Positions 34,278-44,006 of a DNA stretch of 64,000 nt are shown here, in pieces. Position 1 is the first letter of the stretch, and the number at the start of each line of letters is the position of its first letter. The notes beneath the pieces were generated by a model. The model was not told the origin of the DNA. It did no database searches and saw nothing but the letters and a program-made list of their open reading frames with translations. The translations under genes and the position numbers were made by a program. The stretch comes from an uncultured bacterium (GTDB lineage Bacteria; Fidelibacterota; Marinisomatia; Marinisomatales; TCS56): contig CAYPJE010000007.1 of assembly GCA_964410945.1 (NCBI GenBank), positions 28,733 through 92,732 of the forward strand. The letters run 5' to 3'.

Positions 34278-36224
34278 ATGAAGAAAACGACCATTATTCT
34301 ACTGATCACGATGGCAATATCCCATGCCCAGGAAGATTTCCATGAAACCAAGGCACCCTGCAGTCATGCTAAATCTGCTCTGCAGACTTTAAGTACAGCC
34401 CGCAGGGCTACCGACGAGCAGGCTAAAATTGATGCCAAATATTATTTAATTGATATCACGATTGATCCGGGCGCCGAAACTGTCTCTGGCAGTGTGATAG
34501 GTGATTTTGAATTGGTTGATTCCTCCATAACCTATATTGAACTCGATCTGGTCAGCAATATGACGGTTTCCAGCACCGAAATGAATGGTTTGGTTGTTGA
34601 ACATACCAGGGTCAATGATTTCGTACATATTCCCGTCCCTGACACTATCAGGTCCGGGATGGTCCGGGTTAAAATATCCTATTCCGGCCAGCCCGAGGCC
34701 AGTGGTTTCGGATCGTTTGAATTCAGTTCCTATAACGGCCAGCCCTGGATCTGGAGTCTGTCAGAACCCTACGGTGCCCGTTCCTGGTGGCCCTGCAAGG
34801 ACGACCCGGCCGACAAAGCCGATTCGGTGGATATTGTGGTTACCGTACCCAATCCGTTGATCGTTGCCTCCAATGGTGTCCTGGTTGGTACCATGGATAT
34901 TGGTGAAGAATACCGTAAATATTATTGGCAGGAACGCTACCCGATTGTCACATACCTGGTTTCGGTGGCGATTCATCCCTATCTGGTCTGGTACGACCAG
35001 TATGTTTCTGCCGGCAACGACACAATGCCAATCGAATTTTATGTCAGGCCGGATTATTACGATACGGTTTATAATGATTATCTGAAGACAACTGATATGC
35101 TGACTGTTTTTTCCGGTCTGTTTGGTGAATATCCGTTCATCGATGAAAAATACGGTCATGCCGAATTCGGCTGGGGTGGGGGCATGGAACACCAGACGAT
35201 TACCAGCCTGGGGGGCTGGAGCGAGAGCCTTATTGCCCACGAACTGGCTCATCAATGGTGGGGTGATATGATCACCTGTGCCAGTTTCCACCATATTTGG
35301 CTCAACGAGGGATTTGCCACCTATGCCGAGGCCTTGTGGTGGGAATCCCAATACGGCTGGGAGGCCTATCATCAGGATATGATGAATAATGTCTATTATT
35401 ATGGTGGTACGATCTATGTTGATAATCCCGTATCGACCAGTGTGATTTTCAGTAAGAATCTCAGCTATAACAAGGCCTCCTGGGTACTGCATATGTTGCG
35501 GCATGTAGTTGGTGACAGTACGTTCTTCGATATTCTCAAGGCCTATGCCAACGCACCTGATTTACGACATAATTCCATAACAACTGAACAGTTCAGGGAT
35601 CTGTGCGAAACGGTGGCCGGAATCGATCTTGAGTATTATTTCGACCAGTGGATCTATGGGGAATATTTCCCGGATTATACCTTGGGATGGATTCAATCCG
35701 CGGACACCGTTACTATATCAGTTACCCAGACGCAAACGACTGGGACCTTCTTCAGGATGCCGATTGATTTGCAGGTTATCTGTAATGATACAACATTCAT
35801 CCAAGTGGTGGAAAACAGCCAGGTTAATGAATCATTTCAAATTGCGCTGCCGGGAAACAGCGTTGTGGAAAGAGTGGTCCTTGATCCCAATGACTGGATA
35901 CTGAAGATGGTTACCTATATGAATAATGGCCATGAGCCGGTGATTCCTGAGCGGTTCAGCCTGTGGCCCGCTTACCCGAATCCGTTCAATAGCGCCGTAA
36001 CGATTCCTTTTGCGGTCAGCAATCAGGACTGGATCAGGTTTTCGGTTTATAATCTGCTGGGTGAACTGGTATGGAATTATCAGGATTTCTACCACATCGG
36101 GGAGCATGATCTCCAATGGAATGGATACAATGCTGCTGGCAGGCTGGTACCCTCCGGGGTATATTTCATCCGAATGGAATACACCGGCGGATTCAATTCA
36201 CAAAAGATAGTATTGCTTAAATAA
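34278..36224 (+). CDS. M1-family zinc aminopeptidase with C-terminal T9SS sorting domain
   Basis: GGMEHQT exopeptidase motif, HELAHQWWGD...WLNEGFATY zinc site, and a C-terminal YPNPFNSAVTIPF...GVYFIRM...KIVLLK. Confidence 0.88.
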   Translation: MKKTTIILLITMAISHAQEDFHETKAPCSHAKSALQTLSTARRATDEQAKIDAKYYLIDITIDPGAETVSGSVIGDFELVDSSITYIELDLVSNMTVSSTEMNGLVVEHTRVNDFVHIPVPDTIRSGMVRVKISYSGQPEASGFGSFEFSSYNGQPWIWSLSEPYGARSWWPCKDDPADKADSVDIVVTVPNPLIVASNGVLVGTMDIGEEYRKYYWQERYPIVTYLVSVAIHPYLVWYDQYVSAGNDTMPIEFYVRPDYYDTVYNDYLKTTDMLTVFSGLFGEYPFIDEKYGHAEFGWGGGMEHQTITSLGGWSESLIAHELAHQWWGDMITCASFHHIWLNEGFATYAEALWWESQYGWEAYHQDMMNNVYYYGGTIYVDNPVSTSVIFSKNLSYNKASWVLHMLRHVVGDSTFFDILKAYANAPDLRHNSITTEQFRDLCETVAGIDLEYYFDQWIYGEYFPDYTLGWIQSADTVTISVTQTQTTGTFFRMPIDLQVICNDTTFIQVVENSQVNESFQIALPGNSVVERVVLDPNDWILKMVTYMNNGHEPVIPERFSLWPAYPNPFNSAVTIPFAVSNQDWIRFSVYNLLGELVWNYQDFYHIGEHDLQWNGYNAAGRLVPSGVYFIRMEYTGGFNSQKIVLLK

Positions 36225-36247
36225 CACTTACGAATCGAGCGAAATAA

Positions 36248-36685
36248 ATGGATATACTGATACGACCATTCAACAGCAGAGTAGCCGAATATTACCGAAA
36301 TCATAAACATTTTCACCCCGGTGATGCAGGGCTGGATTTATTTGTCATTGACCGGCTGACGATCGCTCCCCGGACTACTGAACTGCTGCATTTACAGATC
36401 TCGTGTGAAACAAGATCGAGCGAGCCATATTATTTGATACCCCGGTCAAGTATATCAAAGACACCCCTGCGGATGGCCAATTCAATCGGTTTGATCGATG
36501 GCGGCTACCGTGGTGAAATCATGGCGGCAGTGGATAATATTCGTGATAAACCATTCACGGTTGAGCCGGGCCAGCGTCTGTTCCAGCTGGTGGCTATGAA
36601 TGGTTCTCCGATCACCTTTGAACTGGTGGAAGAGTTGACCGATACCAGCCGGGGGAGCGGAGGTTTTGGCAGTACCGGCGTTTAA
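36248..36685 (+). CDS. dut: dUTP diphosphatase
   Basis: AGLDL, GLIDGGYRGE and C-terminal RGSGGFGSTG motifs. Confidence 0.88.
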   Translation: MDILIRPFNSRVAEYYRNHKHFHPGDAGLDLFVIDRLTIAPRTTELLHLQISCETRSSEPYYLIPRSSISKTPLRMANSIGLIDGGYRGEIMAAVDNIRDKPFTVEPGQRLFQLVAMNGSPITFELVEELTDTSRGSGGFGSTGV

Positions 36686-36709
36686 GGAACTTATTAAATA
36701 AATTATTCG

Positions 36710-36736
36710 TTAGCACTCTAAACTAAGGAGTGCTAA
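36710..36736 (+). promoter_or_regulatory. CIRCE operator (HrcA binding site) upstream of groES-groEL
   Basis: Perfect TTAGCACTC-N9-GAGTGCTAA inverted repeat, 115 nt upstream of the groES ATG. Confidence 0.92.
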
Positions 36737-36851
36737 ATATCGATTGTACAGTTGATTCTACTTAGATTAATTTCAGCGCTGCATTTAGCAGGTTTTTTCT
36801 TTCACATAAAAATTGTAGTAAATAAAACAGTAATTAAACAGGAGTTAAACT

Positions 36852-37142
36852 ATGAGTTTAAAACTGAAACCCCTGGCCGACCGCGTTGTAGTCGAGCCAT
36901 CTCCTGCCGAAGAAACATCCAAGGGCGGAATCATTCTGCCGGATACGGCCAAGGAGAAACCCCAGCAGGGCACAGTAGCCGCTGTTGGTGAAGGTAAAGT
37001 CAGCGATTCCGGCAGTCTGGTTAAAATGACCGTTAAAGCCGGTGACGTGGTACTATATGGAAAATATTCCGGTACCGAGATCAATATCGATGGAACCGAT
37101 TATTTAATTATGCGCGAGAGTGATATTCTCGCTGTCCTGTAA
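36852..37142 (+). CDS. groES: co-chaperonin GroES
   Basis: [12 protein letters not shown]...GGIILPD...[13 protein letters not shown] matches Cpn10 throughout. Confidence 0.95.
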   Translation: MSLKLKPLADRVVVEPSPAEETSKGGIILPDTAKEKPQQGTVAAVGEGKVSDSGSLVKMTVKAGDVVLYGKYSGTEINIDGTDYLIMRESDILAVL

Positions 37143-38783
<1,641 letters not shown>

Positions 38784-38797
38784 TCCGAACAATGCAA

Positions 38798-38825
38798 AGC
38801 CCCTCTCCGGAGGGGCTTTTTTTTT
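38798..38825 (+). terminator. Rho-independent terminator of groESL
   Basis: agcccctc-tccg-gaggggct 8-bp GC stem followed by a T9 run. Confidence 0.88.
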
Positions 38826-39360
38826 CCGCCTTCGCAGAAGACCACGCCTGCGTGCCGAAAACAGCTACGTCGTGCAGGCACGGGCTCGCCCGTGGGGCTC
38901 CATCACAGAACAAGGATTAACGAATGATGAATTATGAAGTTTTGGCAATGAGAGTCGGGATGGAAAATTCTAAAATCGATATTCCCTGTTGGTTGTTCTG
39001 AAATTGAAAGAGGTTTGTAAAAAGGATACCTCCACCCGTGCACGACACGCCTGTGCATCGAAGTTGAAATGTAGATGTACCGTGCCCCTACGATGATTTA
39101 TGATTTGAGATTCTCGATGTATTTTGACTATTAGACCAGAATGAAAAGTATCAATATTATTACGAGCGCAGCGAAGCAATCTTTCCGGTCGTTGCCAGGG
39201 GAAGTAAATATCTCCATCTATGTTCCATTACTGTAACTACGATGGATAAAGCTTTGTTGTTCAATTTATCCACTCAGCACGAGGACATGGGGGCTCTGTC
39301 AATTGAGAGATTTCCACTTCGGGGACAAGTTCGCGAGACCAAGCGAAAGTGCGGTCTGTA

Positions 39361-39602
39361 CTGCTAAAATGACCGTTTGGGCCAAGTGAAATGGTCGATT
39401 GGGCTAAGTATAACGACCGTTTGGGTCAGCTGGAACGGTCGTTTGAGTGTGGTAAAAAGCACAATTGACCTGGCTAAAACGCCCTTTTGGGTATGGTAAA
39501 ACGGACGATTGGGTATGGTAAAATGCACGATTGGGTATGGTAAAATGCACGATTGGGTCAGCTAAAACGGTCGTTTGAGCGCGGTAAAACGTACGGTCCG
39601 GC
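39361..39602. repeat. array of 11 consecutive 22-bp tandem units (array B)
   Basis: ctgctaaaatgaccgtttgggc / caagtgaaatggtcgattgggc / ... / atggtaaaacggacgattgggt / atggtaaaatgcacgattgggt (x2, identical) / cagctaaaacggtcgtttgagc / gcggtaaaacgtacggtccggc. Exact register with no indels. Confidence 0.85.
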
Positions 39603-39628
39603 TGGTTGAGACACCGGAAAAAGACAGA

Positions 39629-40147
39629 TCAGACTATTTTAACAACCTCATCCAGCGGTTTACGTTTCTTCTGTCCGTGTTTCCGGTAGCCCTTGTTCTG
39701 ATAACCCAGCGGAGTGATCGAATAAATCACCTCGTTCTCCTTCAGCCCAACGGCTGCCGCCAGTTTTTCAGGATCATAGGCCTCGATCCAGCAGGTGCCC
39801 ACACCTTCATTTTCCGCCGCCAGAATGATATGATCCATGGCAATCGTCAGATCGGTCTCGATGGAATTATAGCCGTCATACGACCGCACCCAGGATTTTG
39901 ATTTATCACCGATAATGATCAGAATATGCGGAGCCTGTTTGAACCACGGTTTATGGTAGCAGGGCCGTACTTTTTCAAGCATCTTGTCCGATGAAACCAG
40001 CAGGAATGTCCAGGGCTGGTTATTACAGGCCGATGGCGCCAGCCTACCCGCGTTCAATATTCGCTTTAGAATACTATCGTCAATTTTTCTGTCCGGGTCA
40101 TAATCCCTGACACTTTCCCGGTTGCTTATCAAATTGTATAAATCCAT
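39629..40147 (-). CDS. nitroreductase-family protein
   Basis: SVRDYD...RLAPSACNNQPW is the nitroreductase FMN-binding signature. Length 172 aa. Confidence 0.85.
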   Translation of the reverse strand: MDLYNLISNRESVRDYDPDRKIDDSILKRILNAGRLAPSACNNQPWTFLLVSSDKMLEKVRPCYHKPWFKQAPHILIIIGDKSKSWVRSYDGYNSIETDLTIAMDHIILAAENEGVGTCWIEAYDPEKLAAAVGLKENEVIYSITPLGYQNKGYRKHGQKKRKPLDEVVKIV

Positions 40148-40165
40148 TTTTTCCTCTATTTGATT

Positions 40166-41659
40166 TTATTCCTCAAGTTTTGGATACAAACCTGTGAGCA
40201 TTGCCATGATGGTCCAGCCGGAGATGCCAGCTATGAACCAGCCGGCTGTCAACGGGGATAAATCCGCCAGGAGCGGTTGGAACAGCAAGGACCAGATAAA
40301 AAGCAGAATGAGCGGTAAAAGAATCCGGAACAGTATGCGAAAGAGTATTCTTGCGGCTGGCAGAGACGGATTCCGGAAGAGAAAAGTGCGCTGTCGGCAG
40401 GAGTGGCTTCGAATACCAGCCAGAACAAAGGCTGCCAGTCCGGCCAGCAATACCGCTGCCAATGACGCCGAAATCCGGAAAATGCGGGTATAAAAGCGGC
40501 AGATTTTCGGTGTAGGTATTCCGATCTGCCGGGACCATTGTCCCAAAAGATCCACATACAGGTTACGGCCGTTATCACTGTTAGTGAGAACAATGATTCC
40601 ATCACCGGTTTCAGGGTGCAGGGCAAAGATATTTCGCCAGCCCCTGTTGGACCCGCTGTGGGCAATCAGCCGGGCTTGCTCATCAATGAAATATCCCAGA
40701 CCCATTTTATCGAAGAATAAATTGATATCGCCCACCAGCGGAGTGGCCGGTGCTGTCATCAGGGCGATGGATTCAGGTTTCAGGATACCGCGGCCAATTG
40801 GTTCGCCAGCCGGTCCGGGCCAGTGGGCCGCTAAGAATCTTGCCAGGTCGCCGGCAGTGGTGTACAGACTGGCCGCTCCCTTGCTGCTGAACAGGTAATT
40901 CGGCCGGGGCATGCCAAATTTGTCATAAGCGATGGCTGTTGATTGCCGCAGTTTTTCGGTCCAGGCATAGCCGCTGTTCACCATACCCAGGGGTAAAAGG
41001 ACTTCCCGCCGGATATAATCTTCGAATTGTTCGCCGGTTACTTCTTCCACGATCAGGGACAGCAGCATATAGCCACCGCCGGAATAGTCAAATTCGGAGC
41101 CCGGTTCCTTGAATATCTGCACTGCCGCCTGACTGCTGTTTTCTCCCGCCAACGCTGCTTCCAGGGCCGGTATTTTTGTCTGGGGATCGAAGCCTGGGAA
41201 ACCACCCAGCGACAGGCCGGCGGTGTGGCTTAAGATTCGGCGGATAGTTACTCCATAATGATCGAACTCTGACGGTGGCAGAAACCAGCGGGTCAAATAT
41301 TTTTCCACTGGTGTATCCAGATCGAGTCTTCCGGATTCCACCAGCTTCATTACCGCCCAGGCGGTGACCGGCTTTGATATTGAAGCGGCCTGAAATACGG
41401 TCTGGTTTGTAATTATAATCCCATTTTGCTTATCGGCAAAACCGTATCCACAGGTACAGGCGATTCCATCATTTTGAATGAATGCAACCGCTGCTCCGGG
41501 AACTTTATATTTTTGCAGCAGGCCGGGGAGGGTACTTTCGAATTGTATCAGCTGGTCATCGATGTCAATATGTTGATTAACGCTATTACCATAGCCCGGA
41601 TATAATACCAGGAAAATCAGACTGTAGATTAATTTTCGCCTGGATTGCATAATGATCAT
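40166..41659 (-). CDS. beta-lactamase-family serine hydrolase with C-terminal membrane region
   Basis: Signal peptide, SxxK nucleophile motif ASISKPVT and YSGGGY. The last approximately 120 aa form hydrophobic helices. Confidence 0.85.
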   Translation of the reverse strand: MIIMQSRRKLIYSLIFLVLYPGYGNSVNQHIDIDDQLIQFESTLPGLLQKYKVPGAAVAFIQNDGIACTCGYGFADKQNGIIITNQTVFQAASISKPVTAWAVMKLVESGRLDLDTPVEKYLTRWFLPPSEFDHYGVTIRRILSHTAGLSLGGFPGFDPQTKIPALEAALAGENSSQAAVQIFKEPGSEFDYSGGGYMLLSLIVEEVTGEQFEDYIRREVLLPLGMVNSGYAWTEKLRQSTAIAYDKFGMPRPNYLFSSKGAASLYTTAGDLARFLAAHWPGPAGEPIGRGILKPESIALMTAPATPLVGDINLFFDKMGLGYFIDEQARLIAHSGSNRGWRNIFALHPETGDGIIVLTNSDNGRNLYVDLLGQWSRQIGIPTPKICRFYTRIFRISASLAAVLLAGLAAFVLAGIRSHSCRQRTFLFRNPSLPAARILFRILFRILLPLILLFIWSLLFQPLLADLSPLTAGWFIAGISGWTIMAMLTGLYPKLEE

Positions 41660-41766
41660 TTTACTAATCCCCGCAATAATTTGTACAGTTTACCGCCGCC
41701 CTTGGTCGGAATGCAAGAGAAAGTTATTAATAATAAGAAATTAACGAAACGTACTTATTCTAAAAA

Positions 41767-41925
41767 TCAACCTTCAGGCAACTGCTCCAGCAACAGGTTG
41801 ATCAGGTTTTCGCCCATGACCTTGTTCATAGATTTTTCCACCAATGGAGGGGCCACGATCAGGAAAGCTATGATCAATACTGCTATTACCGACAGCGGTA
41901 TTCCGATCCATTGAGCTGTTTTCAT
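41767..41925 (-). CDS. possible 52-aa single-pass membrane protein (below ORF-track cutoff)
   Basis: Hand translation gives MKTAQWIGIPLSVIAVLIIAFLIVAPPLVEKSMNKVMGENLINLLLEQLPEG. The ATG lies 10 nt downstream of the nitroreductase stop on the same strand. Confidence 0.35.
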   Translation of the reverse strand: MKTAQWIGIPLSVIAVLIIAFLIVAPPLVEKSMNKVMGENLINLLLEQLPEG

Positions 41926-41935
41926 ATCCAATTTC

Positions 41936-42706
41936 TCATTGGCTTTTGGTCCAGCGGTCGATGGCCGCTCGCACGGAACGGGTCATTTCCCTGGTGAAAT
42001 CGGCAGAGAATTTCATGCTGTAGATATGCTGTCCGAAATTGGTGGCATTCCCATGGAATTGCCGGGGGCTGCGCTCGGTTAGCATTTCCCGGTGCACTTC
42101 CGGGTTGAATCTCTGATAGGTGTTTTCGTGGAGAATGTATTCCTTGGGATAGCGGGGCTGCAGTTTTTTGGGCGGTTTTGGATTTTTCGGGTAACCGAGA
42201 CAAAGCATGGTGATCAGAAAAACATAGGGTGGCAGGTCGAACAACTGCTGATGGAATTCATAATTCTCCATAATATCGCCGATATAGCAGGAGCCGATCC
42301 CCAGTGCTTCTGCGGCAATCACCGCATTCTGGGCGGCGATCAGGGCATCACAGCAGGCCAGCAGCAAATCTCCTTCGGCAGGAGTACGTAATTCCTGGTT
42401 ATTGTCCTGGCAGAATTTCGGTACTTCCGAGGCCATGAAGGCATCCCACCAGCGTTGGTAATCAGCCAGAAAAACCAGCACAAGGGGTGCCTGGGCGATA
42501 AAGGGCTGATGATCGCAGGAAGCCACCAGTTTTTCCTTCATCATCTGGTCGCTGACCCGGATTATGGAATACAGCATCAGGTTCCCGGCCGTAGGGGCCC
42601 GGAAGGCGGCGGTCAGAATCTGATCCTGGTGTTCGGGATCGATTGGCCGGTCCTGGTAGGCGCGGACCGAATGGCGTTTTAAAATTGTATCAATGGTTTC
42701 ATTCAT
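41936..42706 (-). CDS. nitroreductase-family oxidoreductase
   Basis: HSVRAY...RAPTAGNLM signature. Length 256 aa. Confidence 0.85.
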   Translation of the reverse strand: MNETIDTILKRHSVRAYQDRPIDPEHQDQILTAAFRAPTAGNLMLYSIIRVSDQMMKEKLVASCDHQPFIAQAPLVLVFLADYQRWWDAFMASEVPKFCQDNNQELRTPAEGDLLLACCDALIAAQNAVIAAEALGIGSCYIGDIMENYEFHQQLFDLPPYVFLITMLCLGYPKNPKPPKKLQPRYPKEYILHENTYQRFNPEVHREMLTERSPRQFHGNATNFGQHIYSMKFSADFTREMTRSVRAAIDRWTKSQ

Positions 42707-42827
42707 AACAGAGGTCGCTTATTATGATGGATTTAGTCCTGATATTCGGGTTGGTATAAGTACAACCCTCCCTGGTTTGATGAGTGGATTTTAGATAATT
42801 GCATGTCATCAAACAATAGAATTGTTA

Positions 42828-42856
42828 TTAAAAAGGCCGTCGTTTGAAGACGGCCT
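42828..42856 (-). terminator. Rho-independent terminator downstream of the minus-strand amino-sugar operon
   Basis: aggccgtc-gtttgaa-gacggcct 8-bp stem. On the minus strand it is followed by TTTTT. Confidence 0.65.
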
Positions 42857-42866
42857 CGGAGTTCAA

Positions 42867-44003
42867 TCAGATTTTAATGTAAATCTTTTTCCGGTCCAGC
42901 CAGTACAGGATCAGCCACCACATCATGATATGGCTGAGGGCGAACAGGAGGGATCCGTTCAGGTTGCCGGCCAGTGGCACAAAGACGGTCTTGTAAAGGT
43001 AAGTGTAGGCCGAAACGGTCTCTTCACCCAGGGTATATTTGATCCGGACGATTGTTTTAGCCCATAATCCGGAAGCGGCGAACACGAAGATTGAGTTGGA
43101 GCCGAAAATCACGAAGGGCCAGGCCAGCTTCTTATAACCTTTGATGTCGATTACCCAGATGCACAGGGTCAGGAACAGGGTCGCCAGTCCGCCGGTGAAA
43201 AGGACGTAGGAACTGGACCAGATCGGCTTGTTGATCGGGAAGAACAGGCTCCAGATCAGACCGGCAACCACCAGGGCGCCACCGACAATTAACAGCCGTT
43301 TGAGGTTTTTATGCTGGTCTTTGGCCGACTGGATCAGGGTACCGATCTGGTAACCCAGCATGGCGGTAACAATCGCCGGGAGGGTGCTGAATAATCCCTC
43401 AGGATCGAAAGCTACCCGCTCACCAGCCGCGTTCCGGTAACCGTGGTAGACATGATTGTCACCAAGAATTGCCAGGTCGAATTTATTGGCGAAGTTATGC
43501 ATCAGGCTGAAGGGTTCGGGGCCGGTGCCGCCGATCCACATAATCAGCCAATAACCGACCAGGATTGAACCACCGACAATCAGCTGCTTCTTCTGTGGCA
43601 GCCACAGGACCAGCAGGGCGGCGATGCCATAGGAGAGGGCGATGCGCTGCAGTACTCCCATGATCCGGAATGATGAATAATCCCAGTCCTGGCGAATGAA
43701 AGGGAAGGCATTCAACAAGAGACCTATCACGAAAATTGATATCATTCGCCAGATAATCTTTTTGGCAGCCGGGGCAGTCAATTTATAATCGAATTTCTTG
43801 AATGAAAAGGCCATGGCCACACCAACGATGAAAAGGAAGAACGGGAATACCAGGTCGGTGGGTGTGCAACCGTTCCATTTGGCATGCCGGAGAGGGGCAT
43901 AGATATGTCCCCAGCTGCCCGGTGTATTTACCAGAATCATCAGGGCTATTGTCAGACCACGGAAGGCGTCCAGGGCCACAAAACGTTGTTGTTTTTCAAC
44001 CAT
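42867..44003 (-). CDS. DUF5009 / heparan-alpha-glucosaminide N-acetyltransferase-like polytopic membrane protein
   Basis: RFVALDAFRGLTIALMILVNTPGSW N-terminus and about 11 hydrophobic helices, as in the COG4299 family. Confidence 0.78.
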   Translation of the reverse strand: MVEKQQRFVALDAFRGLTIALMILVNTPGSWGHIYAPLRHAKWNGCTPTDLVFPFFLFIVGVAMAFSFKKFDYKLTAPAAKKIIWRMISIFVIGLLLNAFPFIRQDWDYSSFRIMGVLQRIALSYGIAALLVLWLPQKKQLIVGGSILVGYWLIMWIGGTGPEPFSLMHNFANKFDLAILGDNHVYHGYRNAAGERVAFDPEGLFSTLPAIVTAMLGYQIGTLIQSAKDQHKNLKRLLIVGGALVVAGLIWSLFFPINKPIWSSSYVLFTGGLATLFLTLCIWVIDIKGYKKLAWPFVIFGSNSIFVFAASGLWAKTIVRIKYTLGEETVSAYTYLYKTVFVPLAGNLNGSLLFALSHIMMWWLILYWLDRKKIYIKI

Positions 44004-44006
44004 TAT

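Noticed and set aside
34761-35504. 247-aa minus-strand ORF
   Set aside because: It runs antisense to the catalytic core (HEXXH region) of the M1 aminopeptidase. It is an artefact of codon bias.
39266-39274. DnaA-box-like TTATCCACT (and TTATCCATA at 11661-11669) near the tandem arrays, raising the idea of an origin with iterons
   Set aside because: These are only single 8/9 matches. There is no cluster of boxes, and no dnaA, dnaN or rep gene nearby. Both loci are convergent-terminator regions. The evidence is insufficient.
39575-39901. 108-aa plus-strand ORF
   Set aside because: It starts inside the 22-bp array and runs antisense to the well-supported nitroreductase gene. It has no motif.
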